Shown piece by piece: positions 9,919 to 19,387 of a DNA stretch of 64,000 nucleotides. Made by a program: the position numbers and the translations under genes. Origin of the DNA: Candidatus Latescibacterota bacterium (GTDB taxonomy: Bacteria > Latescibacterota > UBA2968 > UBA8231). The notes below the pieces were generated by a model that made no database searches, had not been told where the DNA came from, and saw only the letters and a list, made by a program, of their open reading frames with translations. Location: NCBI GenBank assembly GCA_965197905.1, contig CBDAOB010000004.1, positions 1,920,001 to 1,984,000 of the forward strand, in the 5' to 3' direction. The stretch's first letter is position 1. Each line of letters starts with the position of its first letter.

Positions 9919-11073
9919 ATGAGCGAGCGCATTCAATTGTTCAAACCCTGGATGGGGAGCGAGGAGTATGAGGCCCTCCGCGAGCCGCTGGAGACCGGCT
10001 GGATCGGCAGCGGTCCCAAGGTGATCGAGTTCGAGCGGCGGTTCGCCGGGTACATCGGCGTGAAACATGCCGTGGCGCTCAACTCTGGAACCGCCGCGCT
10101 GCATTTGGCGATGTTGGTCGCCGGTGTGGACGGGGGTGAAGTGCTGACAACCCCCATGACCTTTGTCTCCAGCAACCACTGCATCCTGCATGCCGGCGGC
10201 GAGCCGGTCTTCTGCGACATCGAGCCGGACACCTTGAACTTGGCCATCGAAGGGCTGGAGGCATCCATCACCAAGCGTACGCGGGCGATTCTCGCGGTCC
10301 ACTACGGTGGTCACCCCTGTGACATGGATCCGATCTTGGAGATCGCCGCTCGCCACGGTCTACAGGTGATCGAGGACGCCGCGCAGGGCTGTGGCGGCAG
10401 CTATCGCGACCACAGGCTGGGCAGCTTGGGGGATATCGGCTGCTTCAGCTTCGACTCGCGAAAGAATCTGTCCACTGGAGACGGCGGCATGCTGACCACC
10501 GATGACGATATCGTCGCCGAGCGCGTGCAGCGGTTAAAGTGGATGGGCATCTCCCGCGGCACCTGGGAGCGATTCAGCACCGACCGCCCCTCCTGGGACT
10601 ACGACGTGACCGAACTGGGTTTCAAGTACCTTATGAATGATATCGCCGCATCCCTGGGTTTGGTTCAACTAGCCAAGCTGGAGCGGGGTAACAGCTTGCG
10701 CCGCACCTTGCTGGAGCGCTATCGCAACGCCTTTGCGGAGGTGGAGGGCGTCGAGCTCCTAGCCACCAGGTCCTATGGCCAAAGTGCCTGCTATTGCGCC
10801 GTTATCCAAGTCAACGATCGGGACAGTATGCACGAGTTTCTCAGCAACCACGGCATCGAATCTGCGGTGCACTTTCTGCCCACCCACCTCATTCCGCTCT
10901 ACCAGAAATACAACCGAGGCCGTCTTCCGGTGGCCGACGCCATATGGCAACGCATCCTTACTATCCCGTTGTTTCCGGATCTTACGGCTGACCAGCAGGA
11001 ACGTGTGGTCGAGATCATCAGGCGCTCGGTGTCCAGCGAAGGAGCGTCCCGCAGTCGCGCTGTTGGAGGCTGA
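9919..11073 (+). CDS. DegT/DnrJ/EryC1/StrS sugar aminotransferase
   Basis: NSGTAALHLA, VHYGG, IEDAAQ, FSFDSRKNLSTGDGGM (PLP Lys). Confidence 0.93.
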   Translation: MSERIQLFKPWMGSEEYEALREPLETGWIGSGPKVIEFERRFAGYIGVKHAVALNSGTAALHLAMLVAGVDGGEVLTTPMTFVSSNHCILHAGGEPVFCDIEPDTLNLAIEGLEASITKRTRAILAVHYGGHPCDMDPILEIAARHGLQVIEDAAQGCGGSYRDHRLGSLGDIGCFSFDSRKNLSTGDGGMLTTDDDIVAERVQRLKWMGISRGTWERFSTDRPSWDYDVTELGFKYLMNDIAASLGLVQLAKLERGNSLRRTLLERYRNAFAEVEGVELLATRSYGQSACYCAVIQVNDRDSMHEFLSNHGIESAVHFLPTHLIPLYQKYNRGRLPVADAIWQRILTIPLFPDLTADQQERVVEIIRRSVSSEGASRSRAVGG

Positions 11074-11103
11074 CCCGCCTGCCATTGCCGGCCCAACGCC
11101 GCA

Positions 11104-12195
11104 ATGAACGTTCTCTTCGTGACCCAGTACGGCTATCTGGCCGCCAGCAGCCGCACCCGGGTTTTCCAGTACCTGCCTCTTCTCCGCGCCCAGGGGATCA
11201 ATGCGGATGTGCTGACCGTTCTCCCCGATCTGGGGATTACCGGTTCCCAGGTCTTGGTGACGGCCAATCGCTGGCGCAAGCTTCTCTATTACTCATGGGC
11301 TGCCTGGCGCACCGTTCGCTGCGGGGTGGCGGCCTGGTGGCGGTTAGCACGGTACGACCTGCTTTTCGTCCAGAAAATCATTTTTCCCGCGCCAATTCGC
11401 TGGTTGCTGGCGCGAAACCAATCCCGCACGATTTACGATTTTGACGACGCTATCTTCACCACTGAGGTGCGCCGCTCGAACTGGCTTTCGGTCTGGAAGG
11501 AGCGGCGCAACGCCGCGGGCCTGCCGGCGGTGCTGCGCATGGCAGATCGGGTCCTGGTGGAGAACGAATATACCCGTGAATATGCGGCTCGATTCTGTTC
11601 CAGCGTCGATATCATTACCGGGCCGATCGATACCCGCCGATTCGTTCGTTCTGGATCCCCCAATGGCGAGCGGACGGTGCTCGGTTGGATCGGGAGCGCG
11701 ACGACCTTGCCCTACCTGGAGCAGATCGCCGAAACCTTACGCCAGCTGAGTACGCGGCACGAAGGGATCTGCCTGCGCATCGTGGGAGCCTCGGGAATCA
11801 GTATTGAAGGTCTCAAGGTCGAATCCACGCCATGGTCGCTAGACACCGAGGTGGAGGAGCTCAGTCGTTTCCACATCGGTCTGATGCCTTTGCCCGATGA
11901 CCCTTGGACCCGGGGAAAAGGGGGCTACAAGCTGCTCCAGTACATGTCGATGGGTTTACCGGTGGTCAGCAGCCCGGTGGGTATCAACAGTCGCCTGGTG
12001 AGCCATGGTCACAACGGCTTCCTGGCGGCGGACTGTGGCGAATGGCTCGAATACCTCGGGCAGCTCATCGAGAATCCCCAACTGCGCCGGGGTATGGGTG
12101 CCAACGGACGTGCCACCGTCGAGCGGGAATATTCCCTGGAGACCAGCAGTGCGCTGTTGGTGCGCCTTATGCGGGAGACGGCGCGCCCATCGTGA
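11104..12195 (+). CDS. GT4 glycosyltransferase
   Basis: ASSRTRVFQY, YDFDDAIF, GWIGS, GKGGYKLLQYMSMGLPVV. Confidence 0.9.
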   Translation: MNVLFVTQYGYLAASSRTRVFQYLPLLRAQGINADVLTVLPDLGITGSQVLVTANRWRKLLYYSWAAWRTVRCGVAAWWRLARYDLLFVQKIIFPAPIRWLLARNQSRTIYDFDDAIFTTEVRRSNWLSVWKERRNAAGLPAVLRMADRVLVENEYTREYAARFCSSVDIITGPIDTRRFVRSGSPNGERTVLGWIGSATTLPYLEQIAETLRQLSTRHEGICLRIVGASGISIEGLKVESTPWSLDTEVEELSRFHIGLMPLPDDPWTRGKGGYKLLQYMSMGLPVVSSPVGINSRLVSHGHNGFLAADCGEWLEYLGQLIENPQLRRGMGANGRATVEREYSLETSSALLVRLMRETARPS

Positions 12196-13040
12196 CTCTC
12201 GCTCCGCCCCCCATCGAGAACGCCTTCACCGTCGACCTGGAGGACTGGTACCAGGGGTTGGAGATCGATGTCCGGGAATGGGGCCGGTTCGAAGACCGCA
12301 TTCACGTAGGTACTGAGAAACTGCTCGACTTGCTGGCGGCAGCTCGGGTAAAAGCCACCTTCTTTGTGCTCGGGCACGTCGCCGAACACCACGCCGACCT
12401 GGTGCGCAGCGTCCATGCTGCCGGACACGAAATCGGCACCCATGGCTATGCCCACCAGTTTGTCTACCGTCTTGGAAGGGAGGCGTTCAAAAAGGATCTG
12501 CTCTTATCGCTGGAGAAGCTGGATCGAGCCGTGGGGACCTCGGTGGCGGGACACCGAGCGCCGTTTTTCTCCATCACCGCCGACGCCGACTGGGCGTTCG
12601 ATGTGCTGGCAGATTGCGGATTGACCTACGATTCGAGCGTCTTTCCTGTTCGCAACTACCGATACGGCATCCCCGGTGCCTCGAGATGGCCGTTTGAGGT
12701 CCGCGCCGGCCTCACCGAGGTTCCTCTTTCCACCCTGTGCGCGGCGGGGCGGAAAATCCCTTTGGGAGGTGGTGCCTATTTCCGTATATTCCCGTATGCT
12801 GTAACCCGATACGGACTCCGTCAAATTAACGCAAGTGGTAATGCAGCAATATTTTACATCCATCCTTGGGAGCTTGATCTGGAGCATCCGCGAGTCGACC
12901 TGCCGCGGCGGATCGGGGTCACCCACTACTGGAACCTGGCCGCCTCGACAGGCCGATTGCGCCGACTACTGGCCGAATTCCGTTTTACGACCATGGCTGC
13001 CGTACTCGAGCGCTGGCAGGAGTCACAGCGACCATCGTGA
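12192..13040 (+). CDS. Polysaccharide deacetylase (DUF3473 / XrtA-system type)
   Basis: TVDLEDWYQ, ATFFVLG, HEIGTHGYAH, RAPFFS, GGGAYFR, YIHPWELD. Confidence 0.9.
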   Translation: MTLAPPPIENAFTVDLEDWYQGLEIDVREWGRFEDRIHVGTEKLLDLLAAARVKATFFVLGHVAEHHADLVRSVHAAGHEIGTHGYAHQFVYRLGREAFKKDLLLSLEKLDRAVGTSVAGHRAPFFSITADADWAFDVLADCGLTYDSSVFPVRNYRYGIPGASRWPFEVRAGLTEVPLSTLCAAGRKIPLGGGAYFRIFPYAVTRYGLRQINASGNAAIFYIHPWELDLEHPRVDLPRRIGVTHYWNLAASTGRLRRLLAEFRFTTMAAVLERWQESQRPS

Positions 13041-13693
13041 CGCAAGCTGAGCAGGTTCGAAGTTTCTTCGACAATGAGGCGGAACGGTTCCAGGCAATCT
13101 ATTCCCGCGAGAAAACAGTATCACGCCGGCTGGTCGACTTTCTGTTCCGCCGTGTCGTCCACCAGCGTTTTCAGCTAACACTGGACCTGTGCGGCTCTGT
13201 CGCGGGGAAAAAGATCCTCGACATCGGATGTGGTCCAGGAAATTACTGCGTTGAGTTCGCGCGTCGTGGTGCAGAGGTCGTCGGGTTGGATTTCTCCCCA
13301 GTCATGGTTGAAAGGGCGCAGTCGGCGGCGGATGAAGCTGGGGTGGGGGAGAGCTGTGTCTTCGAGGTGTGCGATTTTCTTCATTGGCGTGAGCCACATC
13401 ACTTCGATATTTCCCTGGCTATCGGTCTTTTTGACTATATCAGTGATCCCGCGGCGTTCCTGCGCAAAATTTGCACGCTTACTCGGGATCAGCTGGTGCT
13501 GAGTTTTCCAAAACGGTGGACTTCACGTACGTTTAGCCGCCGGTTACGATTGCGGATGCGCGGATGCCCGGTCTTCTTCTATTCCGAGACGGACATCGTG
13601 CGCTTGCTCAAATGCGCGGATTGGAGCAGACTTGATGTGCATCGGCTGAGCCGGGATTTTCTGGTTCACGGTGGGGAAGGACCCAAAGGGTAG
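13037..13693 (+). CDS. Class I SAM-dependent methyltransferase
   Basis: ILDIGCGPG, GLDFS motifs. Confidence 0.88.
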   Translation: MTQAEQVRSFFDNEAERFQAIYSREKTVSRRLVDFLFRRVVHQRFQLTLDLCGSVAGKKILDIGCGPGNYCVEFARRGAEVVGLDFSPVMVERAQSAADEAGVGESCVFEVCDFLHWREPHHFDISLAIGLFDYISDPAAFLRKICTLTRDQLVLSFPKRWTSRTFSRRLRLRMRGCPVFFYSETDIVRLLKCADWSRLDVHRLSRDFLVHGGEGPKG

Positions 13694-13708
13694 AATGGCA
13701 ATCCTGAT

Positions 13709-14674
13709 ATGAAAGTACTGATTACGGGTGGGGCGGGGTTTGTCGGTTCTCATCTGTCCGAGCGTCACCTCAATATGGGAGACGAGGTGTCGATCATCGA
13801 CAATCTCTCAACCGGGATGATGAGCAATATCCACCACTTGGAAGCCAATCCAAGATTCAGCTGTCTCATCGACGACGTGCTCAATGTAGAGGTAATGCAG
13901 GAATTGGTCGGCGAGTGCGACCTCATCTACCATCTGGCCGCGGCAGTGGGGGTCAACTTTATCATCGACAATCCGCTGTTGTCGCTCACCACTAACATTA
14001 GGGGCACGGAGATCGTTCTCGAGTTGGCCAATGAGAACAAAAAGAAAGTAATCCTTGCTTCCACCTCAGAGATCTACGGCAAAAAGAACGGGCACGTTCC
14101 GTTTCGCGAAGACAGCGACCGGATTCTTGGTCCGACCACCATCATCCGCTGGCACTACTCTACATCGAAAGCGGTGGACGAGCTGTTCGCACAGGCTTAC
14201 TGGCGCGAGAAACGACTCCCCTGCGTCATCGTGCGCCCCTTCAACATCATCGGTCCCCGTCAGACCGGTGACTACGGCATGGTGGTGCCCCGGTTCATTA
14301 AACAGGCACTTCTGGGTCACCCTATCACGGTTTTCGGTGACGGCGAACAACGCCGATGCTGGACCTTCATCGACGACGCGCTGGACGGGTTGGTGGCGCT
14401 GGCCAACTCCGACAAAGCGGTGGGGGAGATCTTCAATCTGGGTTCAAATTTTGAGATCAGCATCAAGGATCTCGCCTACAAAATCAGGGAGTTGACGGGG
14501 AGCCATTCCGAGGTTGAATTCATTCCGTACGAGCAAGCGTGGCCAAAGGGCACCTACGAAGATCTGATATACCGGGCACCGGATCTGGAGAAGATTCGCA
14601 ATTGCGTCGGGTATGACCCGAAGGTAGACCTGGATGATGCCCTTTCCCGGATCATTGCCGACTACGAACGCTGA
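13709..14674 (+). CDS. NAD-dependent nucleotide-sugar epimerase/dehydratase (extended SDR)
   Basis: TGGAGFVG, HLAAAVGV, ASTSEIYG, YSTSK catalytic motif. Confidence 0.93.
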   Translation: MKVLITGGAGFVGSHLSERHLNMGDEVSIIDNLSTGMMSNIHHLEANPRFSCLIDDVLNVEVMQELVGECDLIYHLAAAVGVNFIIDNPLLSLTTNIRGTEIVLELANENKKKVILASTSEIYGKKNGHVPFREDSDRILGPTTIIRWHYSTSKAVDELFAQAYWREKRLPCVIVRPFNIIGPRQTGDYGMVVPRFIKQALLGHPITVFGDGEQRRCWTFIDDALDGLVALANSDKAVGEIFNLGSNFEISIKDLAYKIRELTGSHSEVEFIPYEQAWPKGTYEDLIYRAPDLEKIRNCVGYDPKVDLDDALSRIIADYER

Positions 14675-14696
14675 TTCTTGCCGCTTGGTTTCGCCC

Positions 14697-15206
14697 TTAC
14701 CCCAGTGCCTTGAGCAGGCGTGGAACCACAAACCACTGCATCCAAGCTCGATTTTTGCCGATCTCCGTCCAGCTGTCGGCATCGACGGACAAGGCCGCAA
14801 TCGCTGCCGTGGGCAGGTGCAACGCGCAGCCACACAGCCTCGAGAGACACGACTCCAGTCCAGGATTGTGAGCGATGACCATCAGCGAGTCCACGCTCGC
14901 CTCGATCCGGCGAACGCACGACAGCAGGTCATCCGCGGACGCGAGGTAGAGATCGTCCTCAAAAACGGTATGGTCGTCGGACAATCCCAACAGTTTGCCC
15001 ATGATCGTGGTTGTTTCCCTGGCTCGCAGTGCGGTTGAGCTCAATATGCGGGCGGGAACGGCTTCGTAAACCGTCAGCAGACGCGCCATGCGCGGCACGT
15101 CCTTGCGACCACGACCGTTTAAGGGACGGTGAAAATCGTCGGGGATGTCGGGTGGATAGTCCGATTTGGCATGGCGCATGATCAACAAACTTTTCATAAC
15201 GGCCAA
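14697..15206 (-). CDS. sixA: SixA-type phosphohistidine phosphatase
   Basis: RHAKS, RPLNGRG, SSTALRARET, AHNPG. Confidence 0.85.
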   Translation of the reverse strand: MAVMKSLLIMRHAKSDYPPDIPDDFHRPLNGRGRKDVPRMARLLTVYEAVPARILSSTALRARETTTIMGKLLGLSDDHTVFEDDLYLASADDLLSCVRRIEASVDSLMVIAHNPGLESCLSRLCGCALHLPTAAIAALSVDADSWTEIGKNRAWMQWFVVPRLLKALG

Positions 15207-15420
15207 CTCTGTTTCGTGTGGTTTGCGGACCTGACTGGAGTCTGAGAGCCCGCGGCAAAAGCCATTTGGCTGCGGCCGGGTCTTGCTGGCCGCTGTCCAA
15301 AGCGCTTTTCACCACGGGCTCCTGGGTTGCGTGGCCCCAAGCCGGGTGGTATTTTATCTCAGCCTCTCCTCCCGAAAAAGTAACGCGGTCTCACAGATTT
15401 CGCCTATCGGAGACGATTGC

Positions 15421-16491
15421 ATGGCAGCCCTGCCCATAGAAGTTACCCTGGCCATTACGCCGCGGTCGAGATTCGAAATCATCGATGTCTCCGAGAAGAT
15501 CGAGCAGGAGCTGGGCAAAGATCTGGGTGGATTTCGCAAGGCGCAGTACTGTTCGTTGCACACCACGGCCGGATATCTCGAGCAAGGGGTGTGCGCGCGA
15601 CTGGGACACAGTCGCCGGCAGCTGGATCCGTTTTTCAGACTCATTCAGCGGATTTTTCCTCCGGATGCGGGGTATTCTCACGATCGCATCCAGCTCAGGG
15701 AGGAACTCACCGAATGGGAGCGCGCCGTCGAACCTCCAAACGCCGATTCTCATCTTGCGTTCATCAGCGCCGGCTTGAAGAACTGTGTGACCTATATCCA
15801 CAAACGTCTGCAACCGGTTTATTTCATCGAGCTCGACGGCATCTACAAAGATCGACGGCGCGAACGCAAGACCGCCATCCTGGCCTACAACGGAGCCGAA
15901 ATCGTTCACCGCGAGCGCATATCGATTCCGGTCTCGTCCAACCGTGCGATCGAATCGCTCAATCTGTCCGATGCCCGCTTCGGTCTGTTCGAGCGACTGG
16001 CCGAATGGGTCAAGGTACACGGCGTCGAGAAGGGTCGGTTCGATGTGCGACTGGCCCCCGAAGAACGCCACGTCGGATTGACGGTGAACGAGTACGAAAC
16101 CTTGCTTATGCGCAACGATCTTCCGGAGGTGCTGCGCGATCCGCTGAAGTACATGGTCGATCGCGGTCGCAAACTGCTGCGTCACCCCGGCGCCATACCT
16201 GGAAAAACCAGGGACTACGCTGCGTACGACTTGATTCACCTCTACAATGAGCTTCTGGATACAGTACCGGTGGGTCGTTGGCTGGTCGACCGGATTGTCT
16301 CCGTGCTCTCGTCCCCCGCGTCGCGGTTTCTCAGATTGAAGCGCCACATCAGCTTTCCCATCTCCAACAGCCCCGAAACCGGGCCCCAGGAGATCGTTGT
16401 GGGCCGCTACCAGAGCCCCATTCTGATCCAACACCACCCCGCCACCGACGGTACCCGCTGCCTCGACATAACGCTGCGTCGCTTCACCTAG
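15421..16491 (+). CDS. Hypothetical protein with two YjbQ/UPF0047-like domains
   Basis: HTTAG, YSHD, NADSHL, FIELDG..RRR in the first half; HVGLTVNE and GRYQS in the second half. Confidence 0.6.
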   Translation: MAALPIEVTLAITPRSRFEIIDVSEKIEQELGKDLGGFRKAQYCSLHTTAGYLEQGVCARLGHSRRQLDPFFRLIQRIFPPDAGYSHDRIQLREELTEWERAVEPPNADSHLAFISAGLKNCVTYIHKRLQPVYFIELDGIYKDRRRERKTAILAYNGAEIVHRERISIPVSSNRAIESLNLSDARFGLFERLAEWVKVHGVEKGRFDVRLAPEERHVGLTVNEYETLLMRNDLPEVLRDPLKYMVDRGRKLLRHPGAIPGKTRDYAAYDLIHLYNELLDTVPVGRWLVDRIVSVLSSPASRFLRLKRHISFPISNSPETGPQEIVVGRYQSPILIQHHPATDGTRCLDITLRRFT

Positions 16492-16655
16492 TGTGCTGTC
16501 GCAGAAATCTGCCAACATACAGCCGCCGATCCATCGCGATTCGCCGCGTTGACTTCGTTCGCCGTACTCCACCAGTACGGCTCGCTCAGCCGCCTTACGA
16601 ACCGCGCGCATCGACGGCCGAATTTTGTCGACTTATCTCTGCGACAGCACACTAG
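16488..16655. mobile_element. 168-bp MITE-like element
   Basis: Perfect 18-bp terminal inverted repeats CTAGTGTGCTGTCGCAGA; internal hairpin GCCGTACT-N5-AGTACGGC; no transposase. Confidence 0.8.
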
Positions 16656-16659
16656 CCCG

Positions 16660-17997
16660 TTGCGCGTAGATCCATCGATATTTAAGGCGTACGACATTCG
16701 CGGCACCTACCCCGATCAGTTGGATGCGGGATTGGCGCATGCCCTGGGGCGGGCATTTGCAACCTACCTGCACCCTGAGCGGGTCGTCGTCGGTCGCGAC
16801 ATGCGGTTGTCCGGTCCCCAGTTACACGCCGAGTTGCTTCTGGGTTTGCGCGAGCAAGGGGTAGACGTGCTCGACCTGGGCCAGGTAAGCACGGATCAGT
16901 ACTACTTCGCATGTGCCACCCACGAGCTGCCGGGACTCATGATTACCGCGTCGCACAACCCCCCCCACTACAACGGTTTCAAAATGGTCCGGCGCATGCC
17001 GTATCTGCTTAGTGGCGACGATGGAATCGGGGACCTGCGGCGCATCATCGAAGCAGAGTCTTATGGTCCGACGTCGAAAACCGGCACCGTGGAGACGGCC
17101 GATGTCAGCGTCGCGTTCGTCGAACGCGTCCTGAACTTGATTGATGCGAAGTCCCTGACCTCGCTTCGGGTAGTGGCCGATACCGGCAATGGCATGGTGG
17201 GACCGATCCTTGAACAGGTTTACCGGCACCTTCCCATCGACCTGGTGGGCATGAATCTGGAACCGAGCGGCAATCCCCACCACGGCTTGGACCCGATGCA
17301 GGAGGAGAACCGGATCGAACTGCAACGCCGGGTCGTGCACGAAAAGGCAGATCTGGGTTTCGCTTTCGACGGTGACGGTGACCGGTTCTTCGTGATCGAC
17401 AACCGTGGCCGGTTCGTGCCCGGCGATTTCGTCACCGCGCTTCTCGGGTGTTACATGCTGGGGAAGTGTCCCGGGGCGAAGATCGTCTATGACCTACGTT
17501 GTTCTTGGGCGGTTCGCGACACCGTCGAAGCGGCGGGAGGCACAGCGTTGATGGAGCGGGTCGGCCACGCTTTTCTGAAACCGAGGATGGCCAGTGAGGG
17601 CGCCGTCTTTGCCGGCGAGCTGAGTGGGCATTATTACTTTCGCGAGTTCTTCGGCGCTGATTCGGGCGTCGTGCCGTCCCTGTTCCTGTTGGAGATGCTC
17701 GCACTCAAGGGCCAACCCCTCTCATCCCTGCTGGCGCCGCTGGAGCAGTCGTATTTCATCACGGGGGAGATAAATTCGAGGGTGGAGGACTCCGCGGAGA
17801 AGATCGAATCCATCGCACGCACCTATGATGACGGAGTGGTCGAGCGTCTGGACGGCATATCTGTCAGCTACGACGACTGGCATTTTAATGTGCGTCCCTC
17901 CAACACCGAACCGCTGCTGCGACTGAATCTCGAAGCCCTGAATCCGACCACCATGGCGACGAGGCGAGACGAGCTCCTCGCCCATATCCGGTCCTGA
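16660..17997 (+). CDS. manB: Phosphomannomutase/phosphoglucomutase
   Basis: IFKAYDIRG, TASHNP, FDGDGDR, GELSGHYYF, RPSNTEP; TTG start inferred. Confidence 0.93.
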   Translation: MRVDPSIFKAYDIRGTYPDQLDAGLAHALGRAFATYLHPERVVVGRDMRLSGPQLHAELLLGLREQGVDVLDLGQVSTDQYYFACATHELPGLMITASHNPPHYNGFKMVRRMPYLLSGDDGIGDLRRIIEAESYGPTSKTGTVETADVSVAFVERVLNLIDAKSLTSLRVVADTGNGMVGPILEQVYRHLPIDLVGMNLEPSGNPHHGLDPMQEENRIELQRRVVHEKADLGFAFDGDGDRFFVIDNRGRFVPGDFVTALLGCYMLGKCPGAKIVYDLRCSWAVRDTVEAAGGTALMERVGHAFLKPRMASEGAVFAGELSGHYYFREFFGADSGVVPSLFLLEMLALKGQPLSSLLAPLEQSYFITGEINSRVEDSAEKIESIARTYDDGVVERLDGISVSYDDWHFNVRPSNTEPLLRLNLEALNPTTMATRRDELLAHIRS

Positions 17998-18064
17998 CAG
18001 CGCCGCCTATTCGCGTCCAGTCCAAGGCGGACGCGGATCTTTCAAACACCAGCTCACACCCGAA

Positions 18065-19294
18065 ATGAACTTTGTTCGTGGTTTTTCCCTTACGGCTGTA
18101 TCCACCGCCCTGGTGTTCGTTCTTGGCTTCGCCAACCAGGTGCTGCTGGCCGACTACCTTGGCAGGGAGGCGTACGGACGTTTGGCGCTGTGGCTCAATA
18201 CGGTCGTCATAGGGGGCATGATTTTCGGCGAATGGCTGAGTCGCGGCAACACCTATGTCGTCGGCAAGACGAATTCCAGGCACGAGCCGCTGCACAACTC
18301 GGTGCTCTACGCCGCCTTGTTGGGGCTTGCGTTGCTGCCAATGGTATTCCTTCAACCGTGGTTCGACCGTGGTGTGGCGCTGCTGCTGGCTGCACTTGTG
18401 GCGATGACCGTGCTGCAGAAGGCGGGACAGGCTATAGCGTTGGGGGAAGACCGGCTCAAGCTGTACTCCGTCGTTCCCCTGGTGTTTATCGCGGCCTATC
18501 TGGCCGGCAACGTTGTCGTGTACCTGTTGGCGTTAGGTCTCAACGAGGTCCTCTACTCCTGGTTTACCGCTACCCTGGTGGCAGCGGCGCTGGTGATCGT
18601 TTTCCTGTGGCCCGGATCGCGCGGCTGGCGATTGGATGCCAGCAGCTTCCGGCGGACCTTCGAGGTGGGGTTGCGGGGGGCCTCCTCTGTAACCTTGATC
18701 TTTTTGATGTTTCGCAGCGATCTGTATCTCGTCGAGTGGTTCATGGGGGAGGCGGCGCTCGGCGTCTACAAGGTCTCTACCAATTTCGCCGAGATGATGC
18801 AGCGCTTGCCCAACGTTGCCGGCCTGGTCCTGTTGCCGAAAGTAATACGCGGGGAGGACGAGAACACCCGGATAACCCTTCAGGTGGCGCGGGGGACGCT
18901 GCTCTTTTCCCTTGGCGCCGCAGCCGGTCTGCTGTTCTTTGGCGATCGGCTTATCGCCTACACCTTTCCCAAATACGAGGACGCCTTCGCGCCGTTGATG
19001 TGGATGCTTCCGGGTCTTCTCCTGGCGGGTTTTGGTTCGGTGCTCAACACCAAGCTTGCCGGCCGCGGGTACCCGCCGGTGACGATCGCTGTTCCCGCGG
19101 TCGCATTGGTTTTAAACGTCGTTCTGAACATGGCGCTGATACCACGCATGGGGTTGGAGGGAGCGGCTATCTCCACCTCTATTGCATACGGAGTGTGGTC
19201 GCTGTCGATGACGGTCTTCTTCCTGCGCTACTCCGGGCTCGGCCTGGGCGCCTTCTTGCGCCGCGCCCAGGCCGACGGTACTATTCATAAATAG
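18065..19294 (+). CDS. Wzx-like oligosaccharide flippase
   Basis: About 12 TM segments; LGREAYG, RSDLYLV, GVY, LIPRMGLEGAAIST. Confidence 0.85.
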   Translation: MNFVRGFSLTAVSTALVFVLGFANQVLLADYLGREAYGRLALWLNTVVIGGMIFGEWLSRGNTYVVGKTNSRHEPLHNSVLYAALLGLALLPMVFLQPWFDRGVALLLAALVAMTVLQKAGQAIALGEDRLKLYSVVPLVFIAAYLAGNVVVYLLALGLNEVLYSWFTATLVAAALVIVFLWPGSRGWRLDASSFRRTFEVGLRGASSVTLIFLMFRSDLYLVEWFMGEAALGVYKVSTNFAEMMQRLPNVAGLVLLPKVIRGEDENTRITLQVARGTLLFSLGAAAGLLFFGDRLIAYTFPKYEDAFAPLMWMLPGLLLAGFGSVLNTKLAGRGYPPVTIAVPAVALVLNVVLNMALIPRMGLEGAAISTSIAYGVWSLSMTVFFLRYSGLGLGAFLRRAQADGTIHK

Positions 19295-19387
19295 CCACTC
19301 GAGATTAATCGACAACCTTCCGAGGTGAATTGAAACTCCCCGCTACGCTACCCGCCTGGCTCGCGCGGTCAGCGCCTACGACGGACC

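Noticed and set aside
14697..15206. Functional link between sixA and the PTS IIA gene at 5355
   Set aside because: They are 9 kb apart in different transcription units and no NPr/EI gene is in the window.
15391..16611. Long antisense ORFs (406 aa here; also 49392-50453, 55486-56667, 46678-47583)
   Set aside because: Shadows of real genes on the opposite strand, as expected in GC-rich DNA; no motifs.
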